This document shows positions 1 to 13,400 of a stretch of 64,000 nt of DNA, piece after piece (positions within the stretch are counted from its first letter, which is position 1; each line of letters starts with the position of its first letter). This DNA comes from Balanoglossus misakiensis (Eukaryota; Animalia; Hemichordata): assembly GCA_040954595.2 (NCBI GenBank), contig CM082585.2, positions 3,192,902-3,256,901 of the forward strand, in the 5' to 3' direction. The position numbers and the translations under genes were made by a program. Below the pieces are notes generated by a model. The model saw nothing but the letters and a program-made list of their open reading frames with translations. It did not search any database and had not been told where the DNA came from.

Positions 1-51
1 CAATGTCAGAGCAATTGCAGTACAAGTTGCAAGATCAAGAATGCTTATTAC

Positions 52-1044
52 TATTAGGGTTTCGGAGACCAGAGGTTTCTCGAAACCCTCTTAAAATCGT
101 GTTTTTGTAATAATCTTCTCAGTAGCTCACAATTAAAAAAACTGCTATTCGAAGCCCGTTGCACCCAACGACTTGAAATTTGGCTCATAGGTAAAACTCA
201 AATTGTGTATTTTTTTATCACATCACTATGCCAACATGTCACATGACCTGGCGTTCATCTTGGATTTAAACTTTAAAATTGATCTCATTTGCGTAAAAAT
301 GATGTATCAAAATTCTGTTAACAAATTTTGTGGACCATATAGCCAGGTTCCTATAAGCCAAATTTCAGTGTACAAGTCCCTGCCAATTTAAAGGATTATT
401 TTTCATTGGACGCTTTGGATGCAGCCCATTGGCATATACTTTCCATAGTTAAGCTATGGCCACCTATGATTTTTGTTTCATGCCCAATATCTCAAAATCT
501 GCTGGGCCCATCACGTTCAAATTTGGTGTGCAGCTAGCCTACCTTATGACAATCATTTTCAGCCAAAAAATAATATGAAAAGTTGACCAATTTTTTTATA
601 TTAATTTTGTTTATGAAATATATATCTTATATCTCTATAGTTAAGCTATGACCCCATCTTATGGTGGAATTCTGGTAATGCAATGGTCCTATTGGCCAGT
701 GTGCAGCATGGAATAAACAGCCAAATTTTAGGGTCACCTGTCACACCTACTTAACTCATTAATTATCTGCATACCTAATTCCAGGCGAACCAATAGGGCT
801 AGAGGTCTGTTTTTTTGTTGGACATGGTCCAGTATGGGGTCCAAATTAGTAGTCGAAATTTTATGTCATCTCAGGTGACCTTTGACCCACTTTTACATAA
901 CTTGGCATCCACAGCAGATACAGCCTTGGCATTTGGAGTGATGGAACACATAATGGAGTCTTACACCTTGCCTCATTATTCCAGGCAAACCAATAGGGCT
1001 AGTAGTATCTCGAAACCTGCTTATTGCTGTTTACAGCTATAGTT
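52..1044 (+). mobile_element. Non-autonomous Helentron/DINE-like repeat
   Basis: 5' hairpin agggtttcggagacc..gtttctcgaaaccct, the same tctcgaaacc motif near the 3' end, then a short hairpin gctgtttacagc. Internal sequence is related (reverse complement) to the insertion at 34310-35565. Class is inferred from terminal architecture. Confidence 0.5.
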
Positions 1045-1149
1045 TGGACTTTTTCTAGTGTGTGTGTAAAATGCCATAATTTTCAATGATACCCTTGAAA
1101 AAATAAGCTAGATATATTTTCTTGACATCTACATGATGTGATGAGAAAC

Positions 1150-1700
1150 TGTTGTATTGTATTGTATTTATTGTCTTAATAAGGATAATCCTGTCACAGC
1201 TCAACAGTAAATTTTAAAAATTACAGAGTAAAACCACGCAGAAACACACAAAAAAAACAAATACATATCAGGGATTAAGTTATTTGCTGGTGCTGAACCT
1301 CAGCTTAGAACACTTGAGGCAATGATATCTACGACCCTAGGGTAACATTTCAAAGCAGGAATAAATTGTATGGTTTACATCAGCAGTGTTCGTACAAGTT
1401 TTTCTCAGTGGTGTATTATCCGCAAGCTCTGAGAGAACCTGTGTGGGTCTCCCAAAAATCTTAGATGCTGTGTGAGAGATTTTCAACAGCTTGTTGCAGT
1501 TAACGACGGGAAGCCATGAGAAATAAAACATGTTGCAGTTAGTCAAGTGTGGTTCAACAATACTGCAATATATGAAGAGTAGCAGATGTTGATTAATTAA
1601 AAGAACACAACCTCCTAAGCATGTGCAATCTCTGCCAACATAGCTGTTGTATGCTGACTAAAGGAGAGTTTACTGTCCAAAATAACACTTTTAAAAGACC
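1150..1700 (-). mobile_element. Degenerate LINE 3' fragment (CR1-group-like)
   Basis: Simple-repeat tail (tattg)n at about 1151-1173. The minus strand reads IYCSIVEPHLTNC near 1540-1575, resembling the post-RT Y.S.V.PHL.YC motif. Heavily decayed. Confidence 0.3.
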
Positions 1701-3099
1701 ACCTGCAGGCTGTTCAATACTAATTGGGACATTTGGTGTTGATACCTGACGAAAGACAATGCTTAGCTCTTTTGTCTTTGAAATATTAGAGGGACAAAGT
1801 CTCTCTCTCGCTGCTCATTTTTCAATTAATAATGTTTGATACAAGATACTGTTTTAGTTATTTTATATGTAGATATGTAGTGAACCAACGTTCAACCACA
1901 CACAACTTCCATCCCGTTTCACACACAAAAAAAATTGCATACTTGTAATTGAAACGCAAAAAGTTTTGATTTTTATATTGAAAAATTCTACATCAGTGCA
2001 CAACCATGCCCCTAACAGATGTTAAAACATACTGATATGCCTACAGAACCTATAAGACCACATTTAACTGAGAATTAGGGCAATGATGTTTTATGGTGTG
2101 AAGTTTTCAACATGAATTATTGTATATAACCTATGATCATATATTCAATGGACACAGTGATCTAGATTTGAGGATTTCTATGATTACTGGACATTCTGAT
2201 TGTGATTGTGATATTAATTGCCACACTTGGTTGGGTTGATCTGCAAGCATAGTAACGGGCTAGTTGTTCATGAATCAATTTCATGAATATTTCAAGTAAA
2301 AAGAATCGAGAATATTGGTTTTGACCGAGACAAGATTACTCCTGATGAACTGTTTTGGAAGTCCTGGGATTGTTTTCATTGGTGATGGAGAAGACACTTT
2401 GTGAATGTTACAGTTTAATTTGGTTTTAAGGAATTAATCTTCTAATGGCGAGCATGAGATTCGTTCAGTAGAATGTTGGTTTAGTGTGTGCAGTTCTCGG
2501 ATTTTTAACTACTTGCAAGGTATGGTAGATACTTGGGAATTGAATCAGAAAAATGCTGTTTCCTTGGAATTATCTGCAACTGGAGCAGATACCGTGAAGT
2601 TCTGTATAAGTATCCTGATTTTGAAATGCTACTTTTTATAGAAACATGTAGCATAACATTGTTTTCTTTTTTTTATTTCAGGTTTCAGTAGTAATGATTT
2701 GTCGCCATTACCAGGAAGTTATTGCCAAACAGTGTACCCATCATAGTTTTAAACCAAATTTACATATCTACAATGCCATTCAGACAATTGCTATCAGCCG
2801 TGATGGACACTGTGTCAACAGAACCTTTTCTGGAGGTGCATGTTAATAAACATTTATCATTTATTACAGGACAATAATTCACGATGATCCATAGATCAAA
2901 ATGTCCAGGACTCTTAATATGACTTAGATGGAGCATTGATACCAGACAAGATAGTGATGCCCAACAGGTACAGGTCATAAAAAAGCCTGTGAAACCATGT
3001 AAAGACCGTGGACTCCATGAATTGCTGACCAGAACCACCCTTACCTATATCCAACCAAGTCAAACTGAGGAGCTGTTCGTTAGCCTGGGCACCATACCC

Positions 3100-3420
3100 A
3101 GTGTGTTTTAGATAGATATGTAGTGAATCAACGTTCAACCACACACAGCTTTCATTCCGCTTTTAGACACGAGAGTGAAAAAAAACTTGCCAAAATGAAT
3201 AATTAGTGTTTACCATTTATTCATTTTGGATGAGTTTTACTCGCATATCATACAAGCGGAATGGGAGTTGTGTGTGGTTGAACGTTGATTCACCACACAT
3301 ACACCTGTACATTTACATAAACGGTGTCTTGTATCAAACATAATGAACGAAAAAAGGCAGCGAGTGAGAGACATGGCCCCTTTAACATACCTCTAGCATA
3401 CTGTTTTCGTCATAACGTTT
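3100..3420. repeat. Foldback/MITE-like inverted repeat, with a related arm at about 1740-1930
   Basis: gtgaatcaacgttcaaccacacac (about 3123) is inverted at about 3270-3293 and present directly at about 1880. Central palindrome ccaaaatgaataa..ttattcattttgg. Confidence 0.5.
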
Positions 3421-3510
3421 ATGTTGCTAATATGTCTTGTGACGGCGGATTAAATAGGTGATGCGGGTGGGCAGACACGACATGCATGTTACCCTCAGGC
3501 TTCTGGCAAC

Positions 3511-3511
<1 letters not shown>

Positions 3512-3569
<58 letters not shown>
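3512..3569. repeat. (CA)n microsatellite
   Basis: Direct reading of the sequence. Confidence 0.95.
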
Positions 3570-3572
<3 letters not shown>

Positions 3573-3949
3573 GACGTTACACACCGGTACCAAATCAAAA
3601 TATCCCTGTAAGAAATATTATTTCAGGTTGTAAATGACATTTTAAGACACCACTCTGACAGTTAACATAGTATTAATATGGCAGGTGAAGAAGAAGAATT
3701 TCTTATGTGGGGTCTGAGAAATTAAATATGGCTATACATTGCTTTTGTAAATTACCAAGGACACTCTTCCAACCGTAGTTAGGTCATAGAGAATGGAAAA
3801 TTCTATATTTCACACAATATTTGCTCTCTGATTCGACAGAACTTCAACAAAAAAGCACAGCAGTAATACGTCCGGTCGCATCTACAACTAAAGTAATCCA
3901 ACATGTACAGGTGATGTTCTTACTAAAAAAACCTGCCTGTGTTTATTGT

Positions 3950-4369
3950 GTTCTTTCATGGCAAATTTACACGCTGCTTGTTCCTCCAAGGACAGGGGTC
4001 TTGTTTTCAGATATCTTTCAACATCTTCAATCCATTCATCAACGTCGACATCACCATCGGTCCGGGGTCCACCACCACATTTTGGTATTTTCTTCGGTTC
4101 TTCAGCGACGTATACAGTACGGCCGGGTAAAACCTCAAACATCTCTCCCCGTTCTCTCTTGATTTCCTTGTCACTGCATTTACGCTCAAGATCCATCTTC
4201 TTTTGAGTCTCTTCGAGTTGCTCTTCAGCCCGTATGGCACGCTCCCTTTCAATACGGTACTGTTGGTCAATTTCCGCTGCTTGAGATATACTTGCTGTTG
4301 CTGGCGTAATTCCGCACGCAATCTATTGATTTCGTTCTGCAACTCCTCCATCTTCAGATAAATTTGCAC
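3950..4369 (-). mobile_element. Frameshifted Ty3/gypsy-type gag (PNMA-like) fragment
   Basis: Coiled coil MEELQNEINRLRAELRQQQ, then in another frame TVYVAEEPKKIPKCGG..DVDEWIEDVERYL, resembling the capsid N-terminal motif of gypsy gag. No pol or LTR is seen. Confidence 0.5.
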
Positions 4370-4389
4370 ATTTTTCTGTTATGCTGGGA

Positions 4390-5930
4390 ATTGCTCATCT
4401 TCAAGGACTTAAAAACATGAATGGCTAGAGAAAGTGCAAGAACCATATGGTGAGAAGTAAACAATGCTAAAACTGAGCTTCAAATTACCAGATTGGCAGA
4501 AGAACCAAACGATATCATCAGATAAATCACTATACATGAAATGGTGACATTTTGAAAAAGTGCGGTATGTACAAAACACCAATTCTACAAGACGGACGGC
4601 TAAGTTTCTTTTTTTAGGCCGACAATGATGAAAATTAAGATAACCATCAAGCTCGTAATTACCTTCCTGATTCCAAGTTTCCGCCAGAAAAATTACAACG
4701 TAGTTTCTTATGTATGATAAAAACTCGAGATTTCCTCATTTGGACTTCAGTCCGTTCACATTCCAGACAACAAAATATACATTTTCATATGAGTTGACAG
4801 AACTATGAATAACGCCTGCGGATCCTTTTTTTGGAAAAGGAACGAAGGCCTTGGCCATGATCCTATGGTTTCGAGAATTTGGCAATGTCATTTCTAATAT
4901 AATCATATACAGAAGTATCCTGTTCGATGACAAACGAAGTGAAGCAGTTTTACCGTTTGATCTAGCCACAGCTAGAAAATGGTGGACTCTTGGTGAAAGG
5001 TCTTCGGCAACTCTGTAGTCAGAGGAACGCAGTTTGTCCCGCGAAGCTTGTAAAACTTGTTGCCTGTCTTTATACTCGATAATTTCACTATTACAGTCTG
5101 AGGACGTGATTTAGTTTTGAGTCTGTGGGCTCGCTGTATATCAATGTCTTTCGGCAAATCAAGTTGGTCAGAATTTACTTAACCCTAACCCTCCTGTGTG
5201 ATACCGTGAAAATAAGATTGGTCCTACGAAGTTGGCCGTCTTGGCTATATATCCTGTTCCCCTTCCGTCTTTTGAAGTCTCCAACGAAGCTCATTGTTCT
5301 CTGCTTCTAGTTCAGCTATGCGTTGACCTGCTTCTTCCAGACGCTTTAATTTCACTGGAATCACTATCCTCTTTCCTTTCTAGCCTGGTAAAACTGTCCA
5401 CAATGGAAGCTTGCAATGTAGTCGGCTTCGAGGTGATGAAGGCTTTCAGTTCGTCTACGCCAGCGTTGCTTTTATGCGTGTCGTCAACAGGTGGCTCGGC
5501 TGATGAAGTGCCACGTATAATATTTGCATCTGACGTTGACACTATACGTAGAGTGTCAGTCAACTTCGTTTGTCTTGTCACACATCTTTCTCCTTCAGCT
5601 TGTACTTTGATTGATCCTTTAGGCCCAGGGTTTGACTCTACATCTCCACTAACTAGTAGATTCCCAAGTACTAAAATCCGTGGAGCAAGGCTTACATGTA
5701 TTATGCCATTACTTAATCAAACATGTCTTCCGAACCGTCTCCCATGCAGATCGCATAGGTTGGATGAAACAGACGACTTTTTGACGTCATTGATCAACTG
5801 AAACTCATATTGATGATGAAGGGACGCCTTGTAGGTTTAATTGTGATTTCGGTTGAGAATCAACCCTCAGAGTCAAGTTCTGACAAGAAAAATATGACAT
5901 TAACTGCACATCGAAAAGACGACGGTGCTC
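4390..5930 (-). mobile_element. Degenerate 5' part of a non-LTR retrotransposon related to the element at 10328-15170 (ORF1 with 2A motif plus start of the APE domain)
   Basis: ORF1 relic starts at ATG 5808. It contains GDVESNPGP at 5621-5647, DIDIQRAHRLKTKSRPQTVIVK, TAG at 4863-4865, then FVVWNVNGLKSK and DDIVWF..IVYFSP. Multiple stops and frameshifts. Confidence 0.85.
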
Positions 5931-6338
5931 ACTGTTTGCTAGAAAGGTAATTAATAAGGCAAAAATCTGGTAGACTGAAATGTCGTTGTAATTGTTTGAC
6001 TTAACATTGAGAAAGTTTTCATAACATTGAGCGTTGGTTCTTTCTTTCATATGAAGAGTTGTGTGTCCTTGCTAAATGTATATAGAGGGACTGAATCTAG
6101 TATTGATTCGGGAACTTTTACTGGGGTTTTCCAGGTGATATTGTCGCTTCATAAATTTAGCAAATGGTTTTATTCTGATAAATCCGGTTCGGATATATCA
6201 CGAGATGAAAAGGCACACACTTGTTTACATCAGATAACTACTGTCTTCTTTTATTGGCGTAATTTTCTAATATATTTCTATGAAATGCATTATAGTTTGA
6301 CTATTCCGTGAACTTTAAAGACAAATATATTCCATTAA

Positions 6339-7161
6339 TCAGGCAGCATAGAAATTACAGTATGATAACCCCTCACCAAAGCGAGGGATGGAATACAGAC
6401 AAGCGCGGTCGGGAATGGAAGAAGTAACTGGTTTGATTGGAACCCAGGAAAATGGACCAGAGAATGCGTCGTCACATTCCGATTCCTGAAAAGTAATATA
6501 CATGTAATATCATTAATTACGAAAAAGGGAAGATCAGGTTTAATCTCAACAACAGATGAATTGAATCGTGGCGTATTGATTTTCAATGACGCAAACTTTG
6601 CTATGTCGGCTCATGTCATCAGCGGTTCAGTTCAGATTGCGAGATCGCATCGGTAATATTTGAGAACACTGGCAGTAGCGAGAGATTTTCTATGTTCTGA
6701 CAACTTAATGTTGTTATTCTGACAAAATTTCAGAAGGATAATACAATGACGTGCCAGAATGTGGAAAAAAACCCACGTTTCGGCGATCATAACTCAGCTC
6801 TGTCGATGGCGTTCAATGTTTCCAAACGTAGTACAGTTCAATTGAGGGGGAAATGGGGGATCTTATAGATCCGGATGATCATTTGCATATGAGCATGCAA
6901 AATTACCAGAATTATTATTGCCCGGACCTCTTAGAATACAGTGCCAGGTACAAATGCCAAAATAATGGTTCACAGCAGACAAACCTTGCAATGATAAGCG
7001 GTGATTCCGTTGGCATACAGTATCACATTGCATTTTCCACAACTGCTAATCAACTTGCTTCCGTCACCAGGGCCCTGCATTTAATAGAATGGAAAATACT
7101 TTAGACAAGTACCTGATTTGTCAAATTTGTGGAACTGACTAATAATCTTGTAGGGTATTAT

Positions 7162-7209
<48 letters not shown>

Positions 7210-8376
7210 ATTTAACCATTTAAGACGTTCTGAAGCGTCTCAGATCAGATACCGTCTTAAAAAACACGTGTGGACGGTGTAAAGTGGTTTTGAAATGGCT
7301 TAGATTTGAGACGGCTTTGCCGGCCAGACCTGAGTGGGTGAAATGATTAACACCTCTCCGCAACCCATTGTCTATGGGATTGGGTCTCAGCGCCTATACA
7401 TAAACTTTGTGTGTGTGGACATCACGCGACTCAAATGATTGATGCTCTGTGTTTACCATAGGCAAATAGTGTCTCAATTTTTTTCCTGTCTGAACCCGGT
7501 ATAGGTCACCCAGTATTTCCAGTGTCAACAGGTGATTTACACATCTGCATATAGCGTTTGTCAGTTAGTCATAAGTCCGAGAAAAGATATGCGATGGCGT
7601 AATAAATATGAAAGGATGACCATGTGATATTTTACCCACCAGATCAATATCATCGGAAAGGCTCTTGTCTGATATAACAACGGCTGAATAATGACCCTCT
7701 TTCTTGAAATCCAATGCGTATGTAGTCGAACCTCGAATTCTTTCCTGGACACGACCGGCCCTGACGTCATTGACTTTAGCGGACAGTTCTGCGGTACTCT
7801 CCTCTGTTAATTCACAGCCTACGTAAAACACTCCGCCATCTGCGTTCGCATCGCTCTTGCATTTTTGACCGTGAAAGGCTTGACTATTCTCCCCATCCTC
7901 TCCCTTCACCACGGCTCCACTCGCATGAAATACATTGTCTGCATTAACCATGGATCCACTCGCATGAAACGATATCAACACAACTATTGTTGTGGCGGCA
8001 ATTCGGTGAAATGACTGAGGTGATAAAACAGGAATTACTGACTTATGAGATTTTTTCGTCTTATAATATTTAAATGGTTTAATTATCATTATTCACATTA
8101 CTCTGCTCGTTTCACAATTTTATATTAGGCTGTTTATTACCAGTATTTATATATATACCTCTGTCTTCGCATGCTGTCTCTCTCAGCATTTTTATAGTCA
8201 TGATTTGAAAGTGTTTTCCCTTTGGTCGCATTCGCTATGATGACCTCTTGCCATCTGTGTCAAAAAGTACTAAGAATGCAATTATCATGAAATCAAGCGG
8301 GATGCCCAGTTCTGACCCAGCTGAACAAAACACTTACCACTTAGTGCATTTTAGAAGTGCTATATGAACTTACCAT
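6339..8376 (-). CDS. Array gene A1: secreted Cys-rich protein of unknown family, 204 aa, 4 exons
   Basis: Exons 8376-8374 (ATG|gtaagt), 8014-7640, 7074-6985, 6485-6339 (TGA); all GT-AG, phase 0. Protein MSFHRIAATTIVVLISFHASG..DDIDL|GPGDGSKLISSCGKCNVILYANGITAYHCK|ESECDDAFSGPFSWVPIKPV..CLYSIPRFGEGLSYCNFYAA. AATAAA at 6255-6250. Confidence 0.82.
7164..7500. mobile_element. Short interspersed insertion with a (CA)n end in intron 2 of A1
   Basis: Absent from paralogous introns. A reverse-complement copy lies at about 22817-23116. Confidence 0.6.
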
Positions 8377-8457
8377 TGTGTTCGTATTGCAGACGAATGT
8401 AAACATCGACAGCAAGGTTCACCTCAGCTATGTTGAAACTTCTCGTGACTCCACACA

Positions 8458-8560
8458 TTATATATATGCAAATTGTATTTATAAGCACCGAGCTATTTTT
8501 GTCGTAAATTTGTTTTCCTATTTCTGTCTGTAAAACAATACATGTGGTGGCGCCATATTG
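8458..8560 (-). promoter_or_regulatory. Putative core promoter of the array genes (TATA, octamer, YY1/CCAAT-like motif)
   Basis: Minus-strand ATTTGCAT (8473-8466) abuts TATATATAA about 85 nt above the ATG, and CCAATATGGCGCC lies at about 8548-8560. The TATA/octamer arrangement recurs upstream of several copies (about 21220, 37430, 39425, 43840). Confidence 0.5.
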
Positions 8561-10471
8561 GAATATTTGCAAGTAGAACACATTCGTGGTCTTGTGTCTG
8601 TGATTGTACTGAGAACATGAAAACTGAAAGCACTAACGGCTACATGTGCATATATGGGGGCCCCAGACTCCAAAGTCGTTTGGACAATTAGGTAAATGTT
8701 GAGGAAAACTCTTTAATCTCGTTTTCCCATCCCTCTTGAACAAACCCTCAGTATTCCCTTTCAATTACCAACAATTCTTAAAAAACATTACGGAGTAAAC
8801 AATGCCAACACCAGGTAATAGTAGCATAGACATTGCTATTTTCAATTTCTGCAGGTTAATTTGCATAATTGTGCCCAGCATTAGTAGATACCTCATAATT
8901 ATTTTGTATTTAGATAAAATAAATTTATGCAAACAGTGTACACATAATGCTGGTACGTTCAGTACAGTTAAATATCGAAGTTTTTTTTAACTTTATGCCT
9001 TTGTTGTAATTATAGATTGAAATGAAGATACGACATACGAATATTTCTGCAATAGTTACACTTTTTCACCTAAAGAAACCTAAAATTGTTTCATAGTACT
9101 ACACATTTGTGGACTAAGTTACATTATCCAAAAGCCACTTCATGCAGCACATATATATTTCAGCAAATTGTAATACAATTGTAACTTTGACAACATTCGT
9201 TGTGGACAGGACGAATGTAGGCGGCATAAAGATACACCATCTGAATTTCTCAGTGTCGTTCACACCTGGTGGGCTACTGTTTGGTAATTTACCATCTCAG
9301 TTTAAGAGACCCGGCAAACAAATCAACACCAGTCAGTACCAATTTCAAAAAAACATAATAGGACTATAGAAACATCATGAACCCCACCCAGACGGTTCTA
9401 TAATATTGAACGTTGATTCTTACTTTGAAAATCGATCCGTCTAATTTTTTTGTGTCCTGGCTGACTGTTTCTACTAGAGTTTTCTAGTTGATGTTGTCGC
9501 TTCATAAATTTGGTAAAGGGTTAAATTCTGATTAGTCCTGTTCGAAAGACCACGTGATGACACGTACACACTTGTTTGCATCAGATTAATGCTGTCTTCT
9601 TTTATTGGCGTCATTTTCTAATACATTTCTATGAAATGCACTACTAGTCCATGAACTTTAAAGACAAATCTATTCCATCAATCAGGCAGCATAGAAATTA
9701 CAGTATGATAACTCCTCACCAAAGCGAGGGATGGCATACAGGCAGGCGCCGTTGCGGACGGAAGAAGTAACTGGTTTGATCGGATTCCATGAAAAGAGAC
9801 CAGAGAATGCGTCGTCACATTCCGATTCCTGAAAAGTAATATACATGTAATAGCATTAATTACGAAAAAATAAAGATAAGGTTTAATCTCAACAACAAAT
9901 GAATTACATCGAGGTGTATTGATTTTCAAAGACGCAAACTTTGTTATGCAAAGTAGGGCCATGTCGGCTCATGTCATCAGAGGTTTAGCTCAGATCGCGA
10001 GATCGCATCGTAATATTTTGAGAACACTGGCAATAGCGAGAGATTTTCTATGTTCTGAAAACTTAATGTTTTGTTATTCTGACAAAATTTCGGAAGGATA
10101 ATACACTGAAGTGCCAGAATGTTGAAAAATCACCACGTTTCGGCGATCATAACCCAGCCCTGGCGATGGTGTTCGATGTTTACAAACAGAATATAGTAAG
10201 GTTCGATTGAGGGGAAACTTGGGGATCTTATTATTCTGAGTGCTTATTTGCATATGAGCTTACAAAGATGCCAGAATTATTAATGCCCGGACCACTTAGA
10301 ATACAGTGGTACATATGCCATGATAATAATAATAATAGTTTATTCAGATACAATATAGGCCACCGGCCTCTGTGTATACAAACTAGTACGTCACCTGAAA
10401 TCTCCGGAGGACGCAAAAATGTAAAATAATTGTCGAATTACATCATGGCCATGAAAAAGGAAAGAAACGAA

Positions 10472-13400
10472 TCACACTTCAGATCGTTTTTTCGTGGCAA
10501 AAAATACAAATTTTGACAGATTACGCAAGATACTTGGGTTACATGATTGCATGAGGAGGTAAAATTTATCGTAGGTTGGCATAAAATAGTAATATCTAGG
10601 AATATACTTGACTCGTAAATCCGCATAGAATGGACACACAATACAAAAGTGAAATTCATCCTCTATCTCATTACCATTACAATAGATACATGTTCTATCT
10701 TCACGATTATTGCGTAATCGCCTGTCAGCTTCGATACGTAAAGCGTGCGCTGATATTCTAAATCTACAAAGTGCCTCTCGAAAGTGCGACTTTTCAATCA
10801 TGTTGAAATACAATTCTCGTCGAAAAATATGTTTGAACTTTCTGTAAGAGTCTAGTTTAGGAAACAAACGTAGACTAGTATGCCAGTTTTGAACATCTAG
10901 ATCGTGACAACGCTGTTTGAATAAGGAAATAAAATTGACATTGTTACCAACCCCCTGATTAACCCATGCCTCACCCATTCCATAGGAAAAAAGTAACATT
11001 TTCACATCGTGAGCCCAACATGTTTTGTTCTTTTCCGCTTCTCCATACTGGAATACATAACATTTGTATGGTAAACGATTAACTGGCATTGCCAGTAGAC
11101 GCAACCAGTAATTGATTATTCTTATAAGCCTATTAGATCGTAAGGGGTACCGCCCAAGTTCACCTTTCACAGCGAGAGTTGGTGCATTTTTGTACAACTT
11201 CAAAATAAAACGACAAAATTTGTTGTGAACAATTTCAATTTGGTCTCCTCTGTGGAATCCCCAAATTTCACTACCATACAAAAGAATTGGGAGGATTTTA
11301 CAATCGAAGATTTTAAAGGCCAAGTTCACATCAATATCCCCAAACCTTGCAAGAGATTGCTTAATACAAAACAATGCCATGGATGCTTTGCTGGCTAAAT
11401 GCCGTTGTGCATGATTCCATAACCCAAAATTAGCAAGAACAACCCCAAGATAGTTATAGTGGGGGACGACTTCGAGTTTTTTCCCATCTAGAAACCACTT
11501 TTCATATGAGCGTAGCCTTCCCCCATGTCTAAAAACGACAATCTTTGATTTAGAGGTATTAACCTTGAGTTTCCATTTTGTTGCATACATTGATAAATTA
11601 TTAAGGAGACGCTGCAAACCAATAGCAGTGGTGCTAAAGAGTGACAGGTCGTCTGCAAATAATAAATAGAACAGTTTGATATTTGCGATATGAACACCGG
11701 CAAAGTCATGATAAAGAGCTTCCCCTATATCATTTACAAATAGGGTGAACAAAAGAGGTGACAAAATACTTCCTTGCTGCACTCCAAGTTGACATCTAAA
11801 GAAATCAGTGATACCAACAGGTGTATGAATACAAGCTTTAACATTATCATACATTGAACGTAGGACGGTGAATAGTTTACCCTGCAACCCTATTTTTGCC
11901 AGTTTATAAAATAACATGTAATGGTTGATTCGGTCAAAGGCTTTCTCAAAGTCTATGAATGCACAGTAAAGTCTCCCACTTAGAGACATATAACGATTAA
12001 TGATGGTATTTAAAATAAAAATGTTATCAATAGTAGAATAGTGTCTTCTAAACCCAGCCTGTTCTTCAACAAGGGGATAGTAGAGTTCGACCCATTTGAG
12101 TAATCTACAATAAAGAATGTCACTATAAATCTTACAGATAGTCGGCAGTAAAGTTATACCTCTATAATTGTCAACACTATCTCTACAACCTTTTTTATAC
12201 AGTGGTACAATTAGACCTTCAACCCATTGGTCGGGAAACAAACCCGTAATTAAAATTTTGTTGTACAACTGTAGTAAAAATTGTCTGAAAATAAGCGGTG
12301 AATGTTTTATAATTTCAGGTGAAATGCCATCAATACCTGGAGCCTTGTCTACTTTCAAGCGAGAAATCGCACTATCAAGTTCGTCCATTGTAATTTCATG
12401 GTCAAGAATTTCTATACCAGGGTCAAGCTCTGGTGAAGTATCCAGGTTTTCCAAAAACAACTGTACTCCATCATAAAAGGAAGAATCCCCATGGGTGTTA
12501 CCCCGTGGTTCCGACTCTGAAAACAGTTTCGAAAAGAAAGCATACCATTCGTCTAACTTAATATTCGTAGACGGGAAGCTAGTTTTGGTTTTGAAAAGTG
12601 CCCAAAAACTTTTGGAATTAGGATATGTAGCAGCAATTGCAAGTTTATCCTTTTCATTCTCTACAAAATTACGTTTCTTATCTTTTAAAAGAGATTGATA
12701 AGACTTGCGTGAGGCAATATAATTATTAAGACTATCTTGATTCTTAGTGTTACGATAGTGTCTCAGTGCTTTAAGAACATGTCTTTTAGTATTGTTACAA
12801 TCCTTATCAAACCAAATCTTCTTTCTCTGACCAGTGTGATTAGAAAATTTGTTTTTCACTTGCATACAATCAGTGGAGTTTTCCAACATTTTAACAAGCA
12901 CGGCTGCAGCAGCCGAAATATTCTCTACATTAAGGTAAACATGAAATTCTTCTGAAAGTACGCCAAAGTTTTCACCGATCCAAAACTGATCAAAACTATG
13001 ACTAAAATCATTATTCCAAAAGCGTCTGGTGGGAGGTTCCATTACACCACTATTAATGTCACCACCATGCATAGATCTGCCTTTCAGAGTGAACCTGATT
13101 GGCAAATGATCGGACTCAGGTCTCTCAAGCACATTAAAGTCACTAAATACATCAAAATTGTGGAAAAAGGAGAGAACATAGTCGATAACGCTTGCACCAG
13201 AATGTTTGATACACGTAAAATGACCAATTCCTTCATCTCTAAAAAGTCTACCATTAACTATTCTGAGGCCGGTATTGACGCATAATTCTAAAAGTAGATG
13301 GCCATACGAATTTACTATACAATCATTGGAAAATCTTGGTGGTGGTGATGGTAATTGATCACATGACAAGTACGTATCATTTACGAAAACATCATCTCTA

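Noticed and set aside
2660-3050. Possible plus-strand exon after tttttttatttcag at about 2681
   Set aside because: An acceptor-like signal is present, but I could not establish a convincing frame or partner exons.
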